Assembly (NCBI GenBank): GCA_964552325.1
Contig: CAZKHA010000017.1
Location: forward strand, 1-36,565
Length of the DNA stretch: 36,565 nt
Source of the DNA: an uncultured Bacteroidales bacterium
Lineage (GTDB): Bacteria; Bacteroidota; Bacteroidia; Bacteroidales; TTA-H9
Direction: 5' to 3'
Position numbers and translations under genes: made by a program. Below the pieces are notes generated by a model. It had not been told where the DNA came from, ran no database searches, and saw only the letters and a program-made list of their open reading frames with translations. Positions 35,633 through 36,565 of this stretch are shown piece by piece (position 1 is the first letter of the stretch; the number at the start of each line of letters is the position of its first letter).

Positions 35633-36461
35633 ACGGTACAAAATCTTATTGGTAGATGACATAGCCGAGAATATACAAGTCCTCACCAATTGTTTCGAAG
35701 AGCTTCATCCTGAGTATATTTTATACCAGGCTACCACTGGCAAAGCCGCCTTTGACCTTGCAAATAACCTAAAAATCGACCTCATTGTATCGGATTGGGA
35801 CATGCCGGGCATGAGCGGTATTGAGTTGGTTTCACAATTAAAAGCCAACCCAAAAACATGCAATATCCCCGTTATCATCCTTACAGGGGTAATGATGTCG
35901 AGCCTTGACCTTGATATAGCGCTATCGGCAGGAGCCTATGATTATCTTCGCAAGCCCGTAGAACGTGTTGAGCTTGCAGCGCGTACCCATGCTGCAATCC
36001 AATATGTAGAAATGCACCTGAAGCAATTGGCGGTCAAAAATTTGGAACTCGTTGAAAAAACGGCTTTGCTGGCTCGTTATAACCAGTTTAACATTGAACT
36101 GGCAAGCAAAATAGAGCAATTGATTCCGTTTGTTGACAACAAACCAGAGGCAAGAATTCTTATAGTGGATATTTTGAGCGATATAGGAGTGAAAACAAAG
36201 GAAACGAACTGGAGTCATTTTGAGAAAGCATTTGAGAACGTGCATCCTGAATTCAGCAAGAATATCCTAAATAGTTTTCCAAACATTACTCCTAGCGAAC
36301 TTAGACAATGTATCCTTGTGCGATTAGGAATGAACACCAAGGATATGGCATCCATCCTCTATCAAAGTGCTGAAAGCATCAAGGTAACGCGAAGCCGAAT
36401 TCGAAAAAAGCTGCAAATTGACAACGAAACCAATCTGCAGTCGTACTTGTGTATGTTCTAA
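35625..36461 (+). CDS. Response regulator with an N-terminal REC domain, an ~80-aa linker and a C-terminal LuxR/FixJ-type HTH
   Basis: REC domain with LLVDD...VSDWDMPGMSG (phospho-acceptor Asp). The C-terminus LVRLGMNTKDMASILYQSAESIKVTRSRIRKKL is a LuxR-family HTH. Overlaps the kinase gene by 8 nt. Confidence 0.82.
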   Translation: MLKRYKILLVDDIAENIQVLTNCFEELHPEYILYQATTGKAAFDLANNLKIDLIVSDWDMPGMSGIELVSQLKANPKTCNIPVIILTGVMMSSLDLDIALSAGAYDYLRKPVERVELAARTHAAIQYVEMHLKQLAVKNLELVEKTALLARYNQFNIELASKIEQLIPFVDNKPEARILIVDILSDIGVKTKETNWSHFEKAFENVHPEFSKNILNSFPNITPSELRQCILVRLGMNTKDMASILYQSAESIKVTRSRIRKKLQIDNETNLQSYLCMF

Positions 36462-36549
36462 CCAATTGCAAATAGGAGTTTTATAATATCTTCTCCATTC
36501 CTGTGACGCGTTTATAACCGAATGAACGCATATCCTAAAGATTGTAAGC

Positions 36550-36565
36550 CACGCAAATTTGCGTG
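36550..36565. other. Perfect palindrome CACGCAAATTTGCGTG at the window edge
   Basis: Read directly from the sequence, about 90 nt downstream of the response regulator stop. The context is truncated by the window end. Confidence 0.3.

Noticed and set aside
1-36565. Mobile elements, prophage or defence islands
   Set aside because: There are no transposase, integrase, recombinase, restriction-modification, toxin-antitoxin or phage-structural genes, and no terminal inverted repeats or abrupt GC shifts. The window reads as conserved chromosomal backbone.
36550-36565. Palindrome CACGCAAATTTGCGTG as a terminator for the two-component operon
   Set aside because: It lies at the very edge of the window, so the downstream U-tract or context cannot be assessed. 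It is reported only as a low-confidence feature.

Overview
This looks like a chromosomal core region from a Bacteroidota-type genome. GC is about 43-45%, and several genes have a TAnnTTTG '-7' promoter motif 20-60 nt upstream of the start, as is typical of Bacteroidetes sigma-A promoters. Bases 34-12492 on the minus strand carry an almost complete division/cell-wall (dcw) cluster, tightly packed and lacking murF and ddl: mraZ-rsmH-ftsL-ftsI-murE-mraY-murD-ftsW-murG-murC-ftsQ. Two 15-bp direct repeats with an AAAGTGGGG core sit just upstream of mraZ and are a candidate MraZ operator. The rest of the window is housekeeping or accessory genes:
- 13050-15456: an O-acyltransferase plus an OlsB/GlsB-like N-acyltransferase pair (aminoacyl/glycine-lipid type), overlapping engB.
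- 15453-17392: an acyl-CoA carboxyltransferase with a small biotin-carrier protein.
- 17600-18202: an MmcQ/YjbR family gene and a small Cys-motif membrane protein.
- 18314-21407: aroB, aroA and an orphan lutA-like Fe-S protein.
- 21439-28209: a lipoprotein divergent from a candidate operon of a secreted 791-aa protein of unknown function, a multi-pass GT-C-like membrane protein and a long flotillin.
- 28414-28550: a decaying 42-bp tandem repeat array with a conserved internal hairpin.
- 28753-32655: a GH3 beta-glucosidase, a VOC-family protein and an NTF2-like lipoprotein.
- 33182-36461: a TPR-containing sensor histidine kinase translationally coupled to a REC-LuxR response regulator.
No transposases, integrases, CRISPR arrays, tRNA or rRNA genes were seen. 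I saw no defence-like or toxin-like system. The most unusual material is the secreted-protein/GT-C/flotillin cassette, the tandem repeat array and the regulatory repeats.
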